Virus record (IMG/VR): IMGVR_UViG_3300025131_011243
Location: 58,592 to 122,591 of that record
Length of the DNA stretch: 64,000 bases
DNA from: a virus
Strand: one strand, 5' to 3'
Each line of letters opens with the position of its first letter. Position 1 is the stretch's first letter. The notes below the pieces were generated by a model, which worked only from the letters and a program-made list of their open reading frames with translations, ran no database searches and was not told where the DNA came from. Made by a program: the position numbers and the translations under genes. Of the stretch, positions 10,440 to 20,392 are shown piece by piece.

Positions 10440-11770
10440 TTTTTTTTTGACCCTTGAGCCTCTTTCCAGTTGAACGGTTCCCCGCTGGTTTGAGGACCAT
10501 AGCCTCGCTCATCCTTTTCTCTCATGTCTTCGAGACGAGCTTCAGTTGAGGCGTATTCGGCCAAATAGGGCCTGCGACGTTGCCCAGGCTTGAGTTGAAT
10601 ATTATTAGTTTCAGGTATGTTCTTATCAGTTTCGAAACGTTTCTGAATGTATCCGCCAACCCATTCGCCGCTTTTATTACGATATGGGCGGCTATACTTA
10701 TCCATGATCGTGGAACGCCAGATGTTTTCCCAGTCAATGTTCCAGACATCATCAACAACAAGACCAAAGCCTTTGTTACGTTCAATGATATGCCAATCGG
10801 AAACAGGCTGACGAAGGAACGGATCGATCTTAGTCTGACCTGGTCCCCATAGGAAAGCGTTGTCCAAAGTCTTATGTTGAGCGGTCTTGCTCAAGTTGAA
10901 CGACTTAGGCGAATCCGGCTTATGCTTGTTCACCATGTCTTGAGCAATTTTCTTAATTGTGTCGTTTGGTGTTTGCATGGTTACTTTCTCTCGCATTTCA
11001 AAAGTGTCTCTATCGTTAGGTTGCTGTACTTTCAATGATTCTGCCAAGGCGTAGTCATACACTGCTTGGGCGATACGCATTCTATCTTCTGAAGATTCTG
11101 GATCCGACGCCCAATATTTATCCAACAACGTACCCAGTACATCGGTCTTATTATGTGTCTCACCTTCCATTTCGACGATTTCTTCTGGTCCGATTGGATC
11201 AAGCAAAGCATTTTTCGCATCTTCCGGATCTTGGCTTTTCCCTTCAAGCCAATCTCTAAGCTCGCTGGAATCATTAAACGCTACCGGCTCTTCTTGTATA
11301 AACTGGTCTTGTGCTAGTCCCTTTTCTGATTGCAATCCTTGCATTTCTATCTCATCTCCACCACCATAGTAGGGATCTACTTCATGAGCCTGCTTCAGGT
11401 TGAATGACTTTCTTGATGCCGTTGCCGCTGGCTGCATAGGTTGTATTGGAACTATTTGTTCCACATCTCCTTGTTGAATATTTTGAGCATTCACAAACTG
11501 CTGTACTGCCTGCACGATAAACTGCTCATACTTAACCGGATTCGTCGTCACTCCTGGAGGAGCACTGTCCAAAAGTTCTCTAATATTTTCAACTATGTTT
11601 TGTACATCTGATGGTGTTATCGTCGCCTGCATTTGGGACCCAAGGGTCCTAACTTTTTCAGCAATATACTTGGGATCGAACGGGCCTGTAGCCGGTGTCT
11701 GCCCTGGCATTGTTGCAGGGTTTACATTCGAAGGAGCTACATATCCAGTTTTCGTCCCATAGGTTTTCAT
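10430..11770 (-). CDS. hypothetical virion-associated protein (446 aa)
   Basis: long ORF, GGAGG RBS, FNLKQA/FNLSKTAQ motifs. Confidence 0.8.
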   Translation of the reverse strand: MKTYGTKTGYVAPSNVNPATMPGQTPATGPFDPKYIAEKVRTLGSQMQATITPSDVQNIVENIRELLDSAPPGVTTNPVKYEQFIVQAVQQFVNAQNIQQGDVEQIVPIQPMQPAATASRKSFNLKQAHEVDPYYGGGDEIEMQGLQSEKGLAQDQFIQEEPVAFNDSSELRDWLEGKSQDPEDAKNALLDPIGPEEIVEMEGETHNKTDVLGTLLDKYWASDPESSEDRMRIAQAVYDYALAESLKVQQPNDRDTFEMREKVTMQTPNDTIKKIAQDMVNKHKPDSPKSFNLSKTAQHKTLDNAFLWGPGQTKIDPFLRQPVSDWHIIERNKGFGLVVDDVWNIDWENIWRSTIMDKYSRPYRNKSGEWVGGYIQKRFETDKNIPETNNIQLKPGQRRRPYLAEYASTEARLEDMREKDERGYGPQTSGEPFNWKEAQGSKKKVS

Positions 11771-12564
11771 TTATCCTCCTGTCCAACGAGTCCGTCGAAC
11801 AGTTGACTAGTCATACCTTTTGTCGTTACAGGACCGCTTGCCATTCTGTCCTTTTTACCACGCTGTTCTCGTCTCGCATCAACCGCAAGTTCTCCTTCAG
11901 TCTTTTCTGGAACTTCGTTAAAGTCCATGTTGCCAGCCAATACATCAAATACGCTGATCTGAGATGGGCCGGTTCTACGACTTTCCTTACCAAGAGCAGG
12001 ACTGGCGGGAGCGATGCTGGATGGATTGCGAACATCAGTCGAAGCTTCAATTTCGCTGATTTCGTTTTGCTCTTTCACCTTTGCTTCTGCCCTGCGATCC
12101 TCAATCTTCCTCTTGCTGTCTTCGACCTGTTCTTTACTGGTTGGCTGTTCGGCCAGACGCTGTAGTTGTCCAGAGTCCCAGATCGAGTTGCCAAGACCGA
12201 CGCCCATCTCTCTTTTGGTTTCGCCATAGTGAGAGACGTTGCCGTCGTTGATTCTGCCAATGCTAGAAGCTTGAGACATGGCATTTTGATGACCGGAGCT
12301 TTGATCGAAACGATGAGGTCTTTGCGATTCCGCATCGGTTTCAGGACTGGCCTTCTTATCAGGAGCGGGAACTTCATTATCCAGGAATGGAATCATATTC
12401 TCCATAGCTGCTTTATGAGGATTTCCCGTCCTCTGAGGAACAAGGTCAATCTTTTCAGGTGGTCGGGCGTTATATTTCTCGTCGATGGATTTCACCTCTT
12501 CGGCGAGTTTTTCGTAATCGGCTTCTAGGAATCCGATCTTTTTCTCTCCAGATGTTCTATGCAT
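11767..12564 (-). CDS. hypothetical protein
   Basis: 265-aa ORF overlapping neighbours in operon. Confidence 0.75.
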   Translation of the reverse strand: MHRTSGEKKIGFLEADYEKLAEEVKSIDEKYNARPPEKIDLVPQRTGNPHKAAMENMIPFLDNEVPAPDKKASPETDAESQRPHRFDQSSGHQNAMSQASSIGRINDGNVSHYGETKREMGVGLGNSIWDSGQLQRLAEQPTSKEQVEDSKRKIEDRRAEAKVKEQNEISEIEASTDVRNPSSIAPASPALGKESRRTGPSQISVFDVLAGNMDFNEVPEKTEGELAVDARREQRGKKDRMASGPVTTKGMTSQLFDGLVGQEDK

Positions 12565-13222
12565 GTTTTTCTCCCAGCGATTTGAGTATTTTGATGATCA
12601 TTTGGCTCTTATTCTCCTTGATCATCTCTTTGAAGGAAGCGGCTTCAAGCTTTAGGCTGTTGTCGCTACCCTTTGGGGTGCCATATACCTCATCGAGCAC
12701 ATCTTGCTGAACAAGCTGTTCCTCATCTTGAGGATTCGATGATGTGAAGTCGAGTTCCACCTCTTTATTAGATCGACGGAATTTGAGAAAGTGCATTCCT
12801 GCGGTTGACTCAATGCCTTTAACTAGCCCTTTGAGTTTACTTTTAGGAATGGATTCTCCCGTATTTCCCATAGAGTCGGGAATCTTAACCTTGATGGTAG
12901 ATTCCCCGTCTGCCGATCCTTCTTCAGTTACAAATTGAGACTTGAATTCATGAAGACGTCTTGGTTCAAATCCCATCTGAGTAAGAAAGTCAAACACGAC
13001 CTTAGTAATATTGACATCTCCCGGCTCTTCAGCTTCTTCCTCACGTAACTCATGATCAACCTCATTACTGAGTTGATCTAGTTCAACAGCATCGGTATCC
13101 TCGGCAACACCAACCCCGCCTTCGCCATCGTAGGGGACAGCTTCCTGCTGGGGTTGAACCATAGGATCGTTGAATTGCTGAGCGAACACCGAACGCAGTT
13201 TACCGCTGGGGACGATAGCCAT
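12557..13222 (-). CDS. hypothetical protein
   Basis: 221-aa ORF with GGAGA RBS. Confidence 0.75.
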   Translation of the reverse strand: MAIVPSGKLRSVFAQQFNDPMVQPQQEAVPYDGEGGVGVAEDTDAVELDQLSNEVDHELREEEAEEPGDVNITKVVFDFLTQMGFEPRRLHEFKSQFVTEEGSADGESTIKVKIPDSMGNTGESIPKSKLKGLVKGIESTAGMHFLKFRRSNKEVELDFTSSNPQDEEQLVQQDVLDEVYGTPKGSDNSLKLEAASFKEMIKENKSQMIIKILKSLGEKHA

Positions 13223-13249
13223 AGTTTATCTCCGAAAGACGTAGGACAA

Positions 13250-13924
13250 TTATTTGTCTTGCAACATTGCGTCTACGTAAGCATCAGGATACAGTTGACC
13301 CCAATACGTTCGAAGTCTGGTCTCCTCCTCATCGGTAAGGTTGGCGATCTTCTTGAAGCGTCCTGAGGACAGCTTCTTCTGATCATCAGCCTCTTCATCG
13401 ATGCAATCAGTACCAGGGCCTTGGACTAGCTTTTCTTCAGCCTTGGACTGACCGTTGTCCGGACCTTCTTCGTCTTCCTTCGAATCGGCTTCCTTGACTT
13501 CAGCTTCTGCTTCGGCTTCACAAGGCTTGCAAGCCTTGCCGCACTCCTTGCAGTTGCCGTTGCCGTCTTCTTTTGCGTCATCGCAGGTGCAGCCAGAAGC
13601 TTCTTCGTCTTCGTCATCGTCTTTCTTCTCTTCGTCATCTTTTTTACCGAAGAGTTCTGCCTGATTGCCGCCGAAGTTTTCGACGCCAGCAGCTTCCTTT
13701 TCCTTATGGGGCTTAGGTGTAGACTCGCCCTCTTGGTGGAGGGGCTCTACATCAAGCTGACCACTGGAATCGGCCTCATCATCTTCAGCGGCTTGCTTAG
13801 GATGGTCATTGGCCTGAGCGGTTTTGACTTCTTGCTTCGGTTGGGTAAGCTTTTCAACGTAATCGTTGAATGAAATACCCTTTCCAACGTGGATCGAGTT
13901 CGTAACGAACTTGGGTAGCGACAT
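13250..13924 (-). CDS. acidic hypothetical protein with small Cys cluster
   Basis: 224-aa ORF, AGGAGA RBS. Confidence 0.75.
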   Translation of the reverse strand: MSLPKFVTNSIHVGKGISFNDYVEKLTQPKQEVKTAQANDHPKQAAEDDEADSSGQLDVEPLHQEGESTPKPHKEKEAAGVENFGGNQAELFGKKDDEEKKDDDEDEEASGCTCDDAKEDGNGNCKECGKACKPCEAEAEAEVKEADSKEDEEGPDNGQSKAEEKLVQGPGTDCIDEEADDQKKLSSGRFKKIANLTDEEETRLRTYWGQLYPDAYVDAMLQDK

Positions 13925-13982
13925 ATCTCTTTCTCCTATTGAAAGAAAAGAACTTTACATAAGTTCTGTTTATTTATGGAGT

Positions 13983-15842
13983 CTATACCGAAACTCCTTT
14001 GACTTTTTTAAGGAATTTTGCAGCAGAAACCTTTTTACGAAGATCCTGAGTGCTTGCTACAACCTCTTGATCGGAAAATTGGGTTCGATATCTTTTGCCG
14101 GTTTCCTCTTCGGCTGGAGCACCCTGCATCATCCCTAATATTTGATCTTTTAACGTAAGCAAAATAGGGCCACACAACCCCTTCTTTGCGGGATCTGAGC
14201 AAAAATCTTGTAACACTTTAACAAAACTTCCTCCAAACTGTTTGGGATTTCTCACCAGTTCCCTAGTCATTAATTTTTCAATACCTTCATTAGGGCTCTT
14301 CTTATCTTCCTCGACAACTTGCTGTTGCTCAGCATCAGGATTCCCGTCATTATCGTCATCTACGTCAGTGGCGTTAGGAACTCCATCTCCGTCTGGGTCT
14401 GCTTGAGGATCGGTAGCCGGATCTGCCGCCTGCGGACCAGCAGCCTGAATACCAAGTCCCTGCTTAAGAATAAGTGACGCTTCCGGGTCTTGCATCAACA
14501 TTTTTACTCTCTTGTAAACCAGATCTAAGAATTGCTTCTTAGTAGTGTTGTCAAGACCTGGAGTATTAAAAAGACCGTTAAGATCAATAGCCGCTGTCTT
14601 GGTGTAATGTGTATTGAAACTTGCAGTTGCAGGTACTGATAGTTTTTGCACAAATTGGTTTTTGATAGCTTCGGGTTGAGCATTGATAAAAGCAACCAAA
14701 GTTCCGGCATCAGCTTGATTAATCTGTGCCATTTCTGACTGACCGAGTCCACCACTTGCAGGACCTTTTTGTTTCTCCTGATCCCCCTCTCCCTGAGGAG
14801 CACCTTCTGGAGCAGCCTGAGGAGCTTGCGACTCTTCCTGTTGTATTTGAGGTAAAGCAGAACTGATTGAAGTTACGAGTTGATTCAAGATTTTCTTTCG
14901 AAGATTTCCGCTTCCTATTTGATTTGTAACTTGGGTATTAGATGCCTGTTGCATAACGCCGGAAACTTGATTAAAAAGTTTCTTTGCACCTTCACTTGCT
15001 CCCAAAAAACCACTACTGTTTGCAGAAGCATATAAATCAGTAAATTCTGTTTGAAGATCCTGCATCGTTTTGTTAAATGTTGCAGCAAGTGTATGATTCA
15101 ATGTCTGATCAACTTGACCATTAGCACCAACTAACTGGTCGTATTCAGAAAGACGTTGCTGCAAAACAGACACAGTATTCTGGAGACGATTTGCTATGTA
15201 TCCTTTTTTGCCTCTGACCTTATTGGCCATATCTTTGACGCCGCCCCAAAAACCCTTATCTCTTCCAGTCTGAGCTTCATGAACAAGATGATTAGCGATA
15301 TCAACTGCCTTCGCACTCATCTGTTCTTGACCAGCTTCTTTAAGGCTTTCAGCAACATGCATCATGCGATCTGCATTATCGATCAAAGCGACGGAATATC
15401 GTTCCATGCCCTCTTGTAAAGATTCGTGTACCGCATTTTCAAAAGGCATGCCCGCATCAACGTTCTTAGCAACTGCATATCTAAACACCTGCTCTTCATG
15501 ATCAACCATCTCTTTGTTTTCAGCAGTCTTGACAAAAGAGTTCTCGTCCGCATACTTGTTCCATGCGGCATCATCGTTGTTGATAGCTTCCGTATATTCT
15601 GCTTGGCATTCCCACCAAATGTCATGCACAGGTCGCTTGGGTTCACTCGCCCGTTTCTGACGATAACAATTCTGCCAGCATCGGCTGTTGCGAATCCAAT
15701 ATCCTTGAGCACCAACGTATTGGGCCTTCTTAACCCAAAGTGTTCTCTCGGCGACCTTGTCTACATTAGCCGCAAGCTTGGAAAGAGAAGCTCCCTCCAT
15801 CTCGTTGGCTAGTTGCGACAATTCTTGAATAACATTTTCCAT
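13983..15842 (-). CDS. hypothetical virion-associated protein with thrombospondin type-3-like Ca-binding motif
   Basis: DPDGDGVPNATDVDDDNDG motif; start moved to ATG at 15842 after a GGGG RBS. Confidence 0.7.
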   Translation of the reverse strand: MENVIQELSQLANEMEGASLSKLAANVDKVAERTLWVKKAQYVGAQGYWIRNSRCWQNCYRQKRASEPKRPVHDIWWECQAEYTEAINNDDAAWNKYADENSFVKTAENKEMVDHEEQVFRYAVAKNVDAGMPFENAVHESLQEGMERYSVALIDNADRMMHVAESLKEAGQEQMSAKAVDIANHLVHEAQTGRDKGFWGGVKDMANKVRGKKGYIANRLQNTVSVLQQRLSEYDQLVGANGQVDQTLNHTLAATFNKTMQDLQTEFTDLYASANSSGFLGASEGAKKLFNQVSGVMQQASNTQVTNQIGSGNLRKKILNQLVTSISSALPQIQQEESQAPQAAPEGAPQGEGDQEKQKGPASGGLGQSEMAQINQADAGTLVAFINAQPEAIKNQFVQKLSVPATASFNTHYTKTAAIDLNGLFNTPGLDNTTKKQFLDLVYKRVKMLMQDPEASLILKQGLGIQAAGPQAADPATDPQADPDGDGVPNATDVDDDNDGNPDAEQQQVVEEDKKSPNEGIEKLMTRELVRNPKQFGGSFVKVLQDFCSDPAKKGLCGPILLTLKDQILGMMQGAPAEEETGKRYRTQFSDQEVVASTQDLRKKVSAAKFLKKVKGVSV

Positions 15843-15855
15843 TACGGTTCCCCTG

Positions 15856-16425
15856 TCATTTGACGGCAAACTTAGGTTCAAACCTGTCGCCCATAAACAT
15901 GTGGTACATTATGTTCGGGACGATGAAGGCTCTAATATCTCCTACCGTTCTATCAAACGTAACCAAAATCTGGTTACCTGTCGTTTTTGCAAAAAACTCT
16001 CCATGCGGTTCTACTTCTCTTTCTACCGTCACTCCACCCTTCGTTTGGTAGTAGATCCTGACGGCTTCCTGATTCTGTTCTGCCCAAGCAATTGCTTCGG
16101 CAGAGTTTTCAAAATCTGGATAGTCTTTATCAGCTTCTGGTACGTCGGCTTCCGGGTCATGTGCCGGAACGGGTTCTTCGATGGGTGGCGTCTCTATCGT
16201 TGCTTCTGGAACTTCTTGTATATCCGGGAGTTCTTCTTCTCCCAAATTGTCTTCTAACACTTCGTCAAATTGGTCTTTACGAAAAATGGGTAGTTTTTCG
16301 TTCAACCAGTTGAAAAAACGAGACGATTTGTCTTTAAGCCAATCCTTTATCTGGGATTGCTTCTCCAAACGGCTCGCTAATCTAGCGACATCTCCTACAT
16401 ATCCGTGCGTATAAAACGTCCTCAT
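15856..16425 (-). CDS. WYL-domain protein
   Basis: C-terminal IYYQTK..EREVEPH..FDRTVGDIRAF. Confidence 0.65.
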   Translation of the reverse strand: MRTFYTHGYVGDVARLASRLEKQSQIKDWLKDKSSRFFNWLNEKLPIFRKDQFDEVLEDNLGEEELPDIQEVPEATIETPPIEEPVPAHDPEADVPEADKDYPDFENSAEAIAWAEQNQEAVRIYYQTKGGVTVEREVEPHGEFFAKTTGNQILVTFDRTVGDIRAFIVPNIMYHMFMGDRFEPKFAVK

Positions 16426-16463
16426 CTAACTCTATCACCCTTAAGCTTATAGGAAACGTATCG

Positions 16464-16838
16464 CTATTCCTTCTTTTTGAAGTTCAAAGTGCCTTTCTTA
16501 TTCTCCTTATTTACTTCTCCCAACTCGACCGCATCGCCTGCTTTTATGCCATGACGTTCAAAGAATCCTTGATTGGCTTCAATCGCAGCATGACAGGGAT
16601 GGTCGCTGGATACAGTTCTTTTGTCGAATCGATCTATCTTGGATATCTTCTGGATCTTCCCGCTTTCGCCGATAAAGGCGATATCCAAGGGGATATAAGT
16701 GTTCATTCCCCAGAAGTTAAGGACCTGAGCGCCGCCGAATACGAACAGCATACCCTCATCGTTTGCCAACGATTGACGGTACATTAAACCCCTCTCTTGG
16801 CTTGACGGAGTGTTCGCTATTTCGACCTTCAATTTCAT
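16464..16838 (-). CDS. DUF192 family protein
   Basis: VEIA.TP...RGLMYR..L....GMLFVF, FWGMNTYIPLDIAF, AIEANQG. Confidence 0.9.
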   Translation of the reverse strand: MKLKVEIANTPSSQERGLMYRQSLANDEGMLFVFGGAQVLNFWGMNTYIPLDIAFIGESGKIQKISKIDRFDKRTVSSDHPCHAAIEANQGFFERHGIKAGDAVELGEVNKENKKGTLNFKKKE

Positions 16839-17230
16839 CCTGCCACCTCATGTCGAAAACCTTTTCTACTCATGTTGTAAGTAAGATCTTCTAGTTCGTC
16901 TTCCGGAACGATGAAATACATTGCTGCATCAGAGCTTCTAACATCGTCTAAAACCGCTCTCGTATTGTTGTAGTTCTGATACTCTTCGAACCATTGATTG
17001 ATTTCATTCATATTGCTTTTCGGTACGGTTTTTACTTCGTACAGGTCTTCGACTGTTGGCATCATGCGATAGTTGCGAGTATAGGGATCAAACATGTACT
17101 TCATTTTTATCTGACCACCTCTGAATCGCCACATGCGTTTGATTTCAGAATCGTAATATGACAGGTCTCTCTCTACACGTTCCTTAACTCTATTGTTAGA
17201 CGAATCCACATGGACTACAACATCTATCAT
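16835..17230 (-). CDS. hypothetical protein
   Basis: ORF with ATGA overlaps on both sides. Confidence 0.7.
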   Translation of the reverse strand: MIDVVVHVDSSNNRVKERVERDLSYYDSEIKRMWRFRGGQIKMKYMFDPYTRNYRMMPTVEDLYEVKTVPKSNMNEINQWFEEYQNYNNTRAVLDDVRSSDAAMYFIVPEDELEDLTYNMSRKGFRHEVAG

Positions 17231-17661
17231 TTGAATTGCCCCCACCAAAGATCTTCAGTTTTTTGAGCGATCTTTGCCTTTTTGACGGTCTTGATCTTGG
17301 TGTTAGCCAACGCCTGTTGGAAGTTGACTTCAACCTGGATCTTGTCTAAAGAAGAAGAGTCGTCACCTAAGATCATAACTTTGATGACATCAGTTCCCTT
17401 CTTGGTTATTTCAATACGATCACCAATAGCCCGAACAAGATCCGCTTTCTCCAATGACTCAACATCGGATGCGGAGACTGTTACAGGACGACGATACGAC
17501 TTTTCGCTAATGCGATTGTTTTCATCTCTCCATATGGAAAATAGCTTGCGAGCAGTTGACTGGGGTACGGTTTCTTTCTGATGTATTTGAAACATGACGC
17601 CAGGCATTTGCGGCAAAAGATAATCGATCAATGATTGTGCATGTTTTTTCATAGGACGCAT
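17227..17661 (-). CDS. hypothetical protein (possible winged helix)
   Basis: 144-aa ORF; IEITKKG wing-like motif. Confidence 0.65.
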   Translation of the reverse strand: MRPMKKHAQSLIDYLLPQMPGVMFQIHQKETVPQSTARKLFSIWRDENNRISEKSYRRPVTVSASDVESLEKADLVRAIGDRIEITKKGTDVIKVMILGDDSSSLDKIQVEVNFQQALANTKIKTVKKAKIAQKTEDLWWGQFK

Positions 17662-17663
17662 AG

Positions 17664-17769
17664 TTAATTCCCCGTAAGCAATTTTCTTTCTGCGTATGGA
17701 GATTCGTTTCCTCTGTCATACCAACTAAACGACTCGTTCCTTAACTCTCTCCAATAATGGCATTCGCCA
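17664..17769 (-). repeat. diverged copy of the 3' end of gene 18572..19351
   Basis: ~105-bp direct repeat of 18572..18677; encodes GECHYWRELRNESFSWYDRGNESPYAERKLLTGN versus GEGHYWRELRNEPFSWYDRASESPYAERKLLTGN. Confidence 0.9.
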
Positions 17770-18471
17770 TTAACCGTCATCGAACTCCATATCATTGTCT
17801 TTACTTCTATCTTCGTGCAACCAATTCCTGTCCATTTCCCATCCGTCAATATGCTTTTCTAAATAATGCAGATGTTTATGGCAATTACCACACAGCACAA
17901 CACACTTATTGATTTCTCTTAGAATAGCCGTCCAACCATAACCTTGATTTACAGAATTTGCTATCCCGAACTTCTTCTGAGATGGATCAATATGATGAAA
18001 TTCCAAGCAGAACCATCTTATTTCTCCACACTTTTGACAACAGGCAGACTTCTTATATTCGATGATTTGCATCCTCTTTTGCTTCTTCCTGAACCTGTCC
18101 TTCTCGTTAACTTTACTGCGATTATTCTTTCTGTATCTTTTGCTTGTTTCTGCTTCACGCTTTTTGTTGCGTTTTTTGTGGTTCCTGCTATAGTACCTTT
18201 TGTTGGTCAGCCTACTGCGACGGCGTTTTTCCTTTTCCACGCATTCTTCTTGGCTACAACATTGTGCTTTATATAGTTTGCTAAAAGCATGCTTGGCACC
18301 GCAATGTCTACAAGTACATCTTTGATCGTATCTATCTTGCTGCTTCTTGTGTTGGTCGGCTTTTCTCCATAACTTAAAACAGTCATCACTACAGTAAATC
18401 CTGTGCTTATGACTACTTATAAACTCTTTCTTACAATACTTACACTCCCTGTGTCCATCCTTAACAGACAT
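17770..18471 (-). CDS. free-standing HNH homing endonuclease
   Basis: CQKCG..LEFHHIDP..KCVVLCGNCH; N-terminal Cys-rich zinc fingers; GGAGG RBS. Confidence 0.88.
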   Translation of the reverse strand: MSVKDGHRECKYCKKEFISSHKHRIYCSDDCFKLWRKADQHKKQQDRYDQRCTCRHCGAKHAFSKLYKAQCCSQEECVEKEKRRRSRLTNKRYYSRNHKKRNKKREAETSKRYRKNNRSKVNEKDRFRKKQKRMQIIEYKKSACCQKCGEIRWFCLEFHHIDPSQKKFGIANSVNQGYGWTAILREINKCVVLCGNCHKHLHYLEKHIDGWEMDRNWLHEDRSKDNDMEFDDG

Positions 18472-18571
18472 AAAACAACCCTCCAAATATAGATTACACA
18501 CAATCTAATTCGAAGGGCATCCGAAAAACACCTCTTTATTTTAAGCATAATTTTTGAACTATTTTGGATAA

Positions 18572-19351
18572 TCAATTTCCCGTAAGTAACTTTCTTTCTG
18601 CATACGGGGACTCTGAAGCCCTGTCATACCAACTAAATGGCTCATTCCTTAACTCTCTCCAATAATGCCCTTCACCTGTCCTTCCGTCATTGTTATAGTT
18701 CTCAAGACCTCTTCGATACCTACGTTGACGACGAATGTCTCTGTCTCTACCTCTTACTTCTTCATCGATAGACGACCATGGAAATGTTCTTTCCAACAAA
18801 GGCAAATCAAGGTTAGCCCAAGGGCCGGAAATCCCCCTAGCCATTTTTATGTTCATGCGATCAATAAGACGAGGACCAAGACTTGCGAATCTCAAAAGCT
18901 TGATAACATATTGAAGGCGACAGATGGATCTAAAAATCCAGTCGATAGATATCTTGTAATTAGGAACAGAATGAATAGTGTAATTTGGGTAAACCGATAT
19001 GTCTTGATTCAATGCGTCTTGTACAAGATTGGTTAGAACCGAATCGTCAAGATCTTCAAACATCCTGCTCATTTTGGCAAGATCTTTCAGAGCGCACACA
19101 AACATGGTGGTTGAGCCAGCGTCTGAGACGTTGTCTCCCCGATCTTGGAGAACCTCAGACATCTCGCCCCATAGTTCTCCGAACAGTTTTTTCCTGATTG
19201 TAATTTGCCCTTGGATTTGCTTAGCAGCGGGAATGACGGGCGCAGTCTCTAACTGACCATCCTTGTTTTTGAATTGACAAGTCTTGGAATCAATCAGGCG
19301 AATGCCATAGAAAGCAAGTTCTTTCTTTAGGGTATCCCAAACTTCAGCCAT
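18572..19351 (-). CDS. hypothetical protein (probable target gene of the adjacent HNH)
   Basis: 259-aa ORF whose 3' end is duplicated beyond the HNH. Confidence 0.75.
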   Translation of the reverse strand: MAEVWDTLKKELAFYGIRLIDSKTCQFKNKDGQLETAPVIPAAKQIQGQITIRKKLFGELWGEMSEVLQDRGDNVSDAGSTTMFVCALKDLAKMSRMFEDLDDSVLTNLVQDALNQDISVYPNYTIHSVPNYKISIDWIFRSICRLQYVIKLLRFASLGPRLIDRMNIKMARGISGPWANLDLPLLERTFPWSSIDEEVRGRDRDIRRQRRYRRGLENYNNDGRTGEGHYWRELRNEPFSWYDRASESPYAERKLLTGN

Positions 19352-20379
19352 TATTCAATTTCGCTGTTGTTCTTGGCGAGACGAGAGTGCTGAGATAATC
19401 TTTCTGCATCCTGCTCGTGGTCAACAAACGAAATAGCATCAGGGTCGGCAAGCCCGGTATCGATCATATCGATTGGACCAGACTCGTTCGGTAACTCTAC
19501 TAAAACTTCACCGCCATCAGCGGTAGGAGCAGGTCGTCTTCGCCCAACAGGCGATAATCCTTTCGCCTTTGGTTTCGATTTTTCAGAAGCTGCTACCTTT
19601 GTTGTTTTCTTAAAGACTTTTTTTTTGACTGGTCCTGATTTCTTCTTCTTAGCCTTTGGACCGGGCTTTTTCTTGGGTCCAGGCTTCTTGCCCGACTTCT
19701 TCCTTCGTGATTTGATTGTCTTCTTCGGACTCTCTTCTTCGGGTTCTTCGGTAAAATCGATATCACCTACCTTGATACCCTCAACTGAAGATTTGACGAA
19801 TCCTTCATCTTGACGATTTGTTTGCTGCCCCGTAGCTTCCATGCTCTCGTCAATATCCAGATTCTTTCTGTGATGGGGATCCCATGACTGCATCGTGGTC
19901 TCCAGATCTTTCTCATCAGATTCAACCGGCTCTACATTCTTGACGTTTGTCTTTTTCTTACCTTCTTTGGGGGCGGGGGCCTCTTCAGCTTCTACTTCCG
20001 CCTCTTCAACCTGAGGAACGCCTTCGGCGTCATAGACAACGACCAAGTTCCGTTCGATAGCTTGCTGAAGATGGTCGTCATGAAGCAAGTCTGAAGTGAT
20101 GTATCCTGACGAGCCTGTAGTGATGTTAAGTCCGACACTACCAATAGAGATGGGACCTCCGCTGGTATTGCTTACTCTGTGAACGATCTTGGATGGGGGC
20201 TTAACTTCCGGAGCTTTGCCTACGAGTTTCAAAAGGCCCTTCTTGATAGCCATTTGGACATCGTCTGTATAAAACTCTTCATCGCTAACATCAACCTCTG
20301 TCTTGGCGACAAGATTGCGAGGAATAGAGGGGAGCATAAGCTCTCCCTTGAAGGATTCCGGTACTCTAAGTTTAGGCAT
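19351..20379 (-). CDS. hypothetical protein with Lys-rich segment
   Basis: 342-aa ORF; KKPGPKKK repeats. Confidence 0.75.
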   Translation of the reverse strand: MPKLRVPESFKGELMLPSIPRNLVAKTEVDVSDEEFYTDDVQMAIKKGLLKLVGKAPEVKPPSKIVHRVSNTSGGPISIGSVGLNITTGSSGYITSDLLHDDHLQQAIERNLVVVYDAEGVPQVEEAEVEAEEAPAPKEGKKKTNVKNVEPVESDEKDLETTMQSWDPHHRKNLDIDESMEATGQQTNRQDEGFVKSSVEGIKVGDIDFTEEPEEESPKKTIKSRRKKSGKKPGPKKKPGPKAKKKKSGPVKKKVFKKTTKVAASEKSKPKAKGLSPVGRRRPAPTADGGEVLVELPNESGPIDMIDTGLADPDAISFVDHEQDAERLSQHSRLAKNNSEIE

Positions 20380-20392
20380 GGTATTTTACCCT

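Noticed and set aside
17664-17849. 61-aa ORF as an independent gene
   Set aside because: It is the duplicated 3' end of 18572..19351 joined to an alternative frame of the HNH
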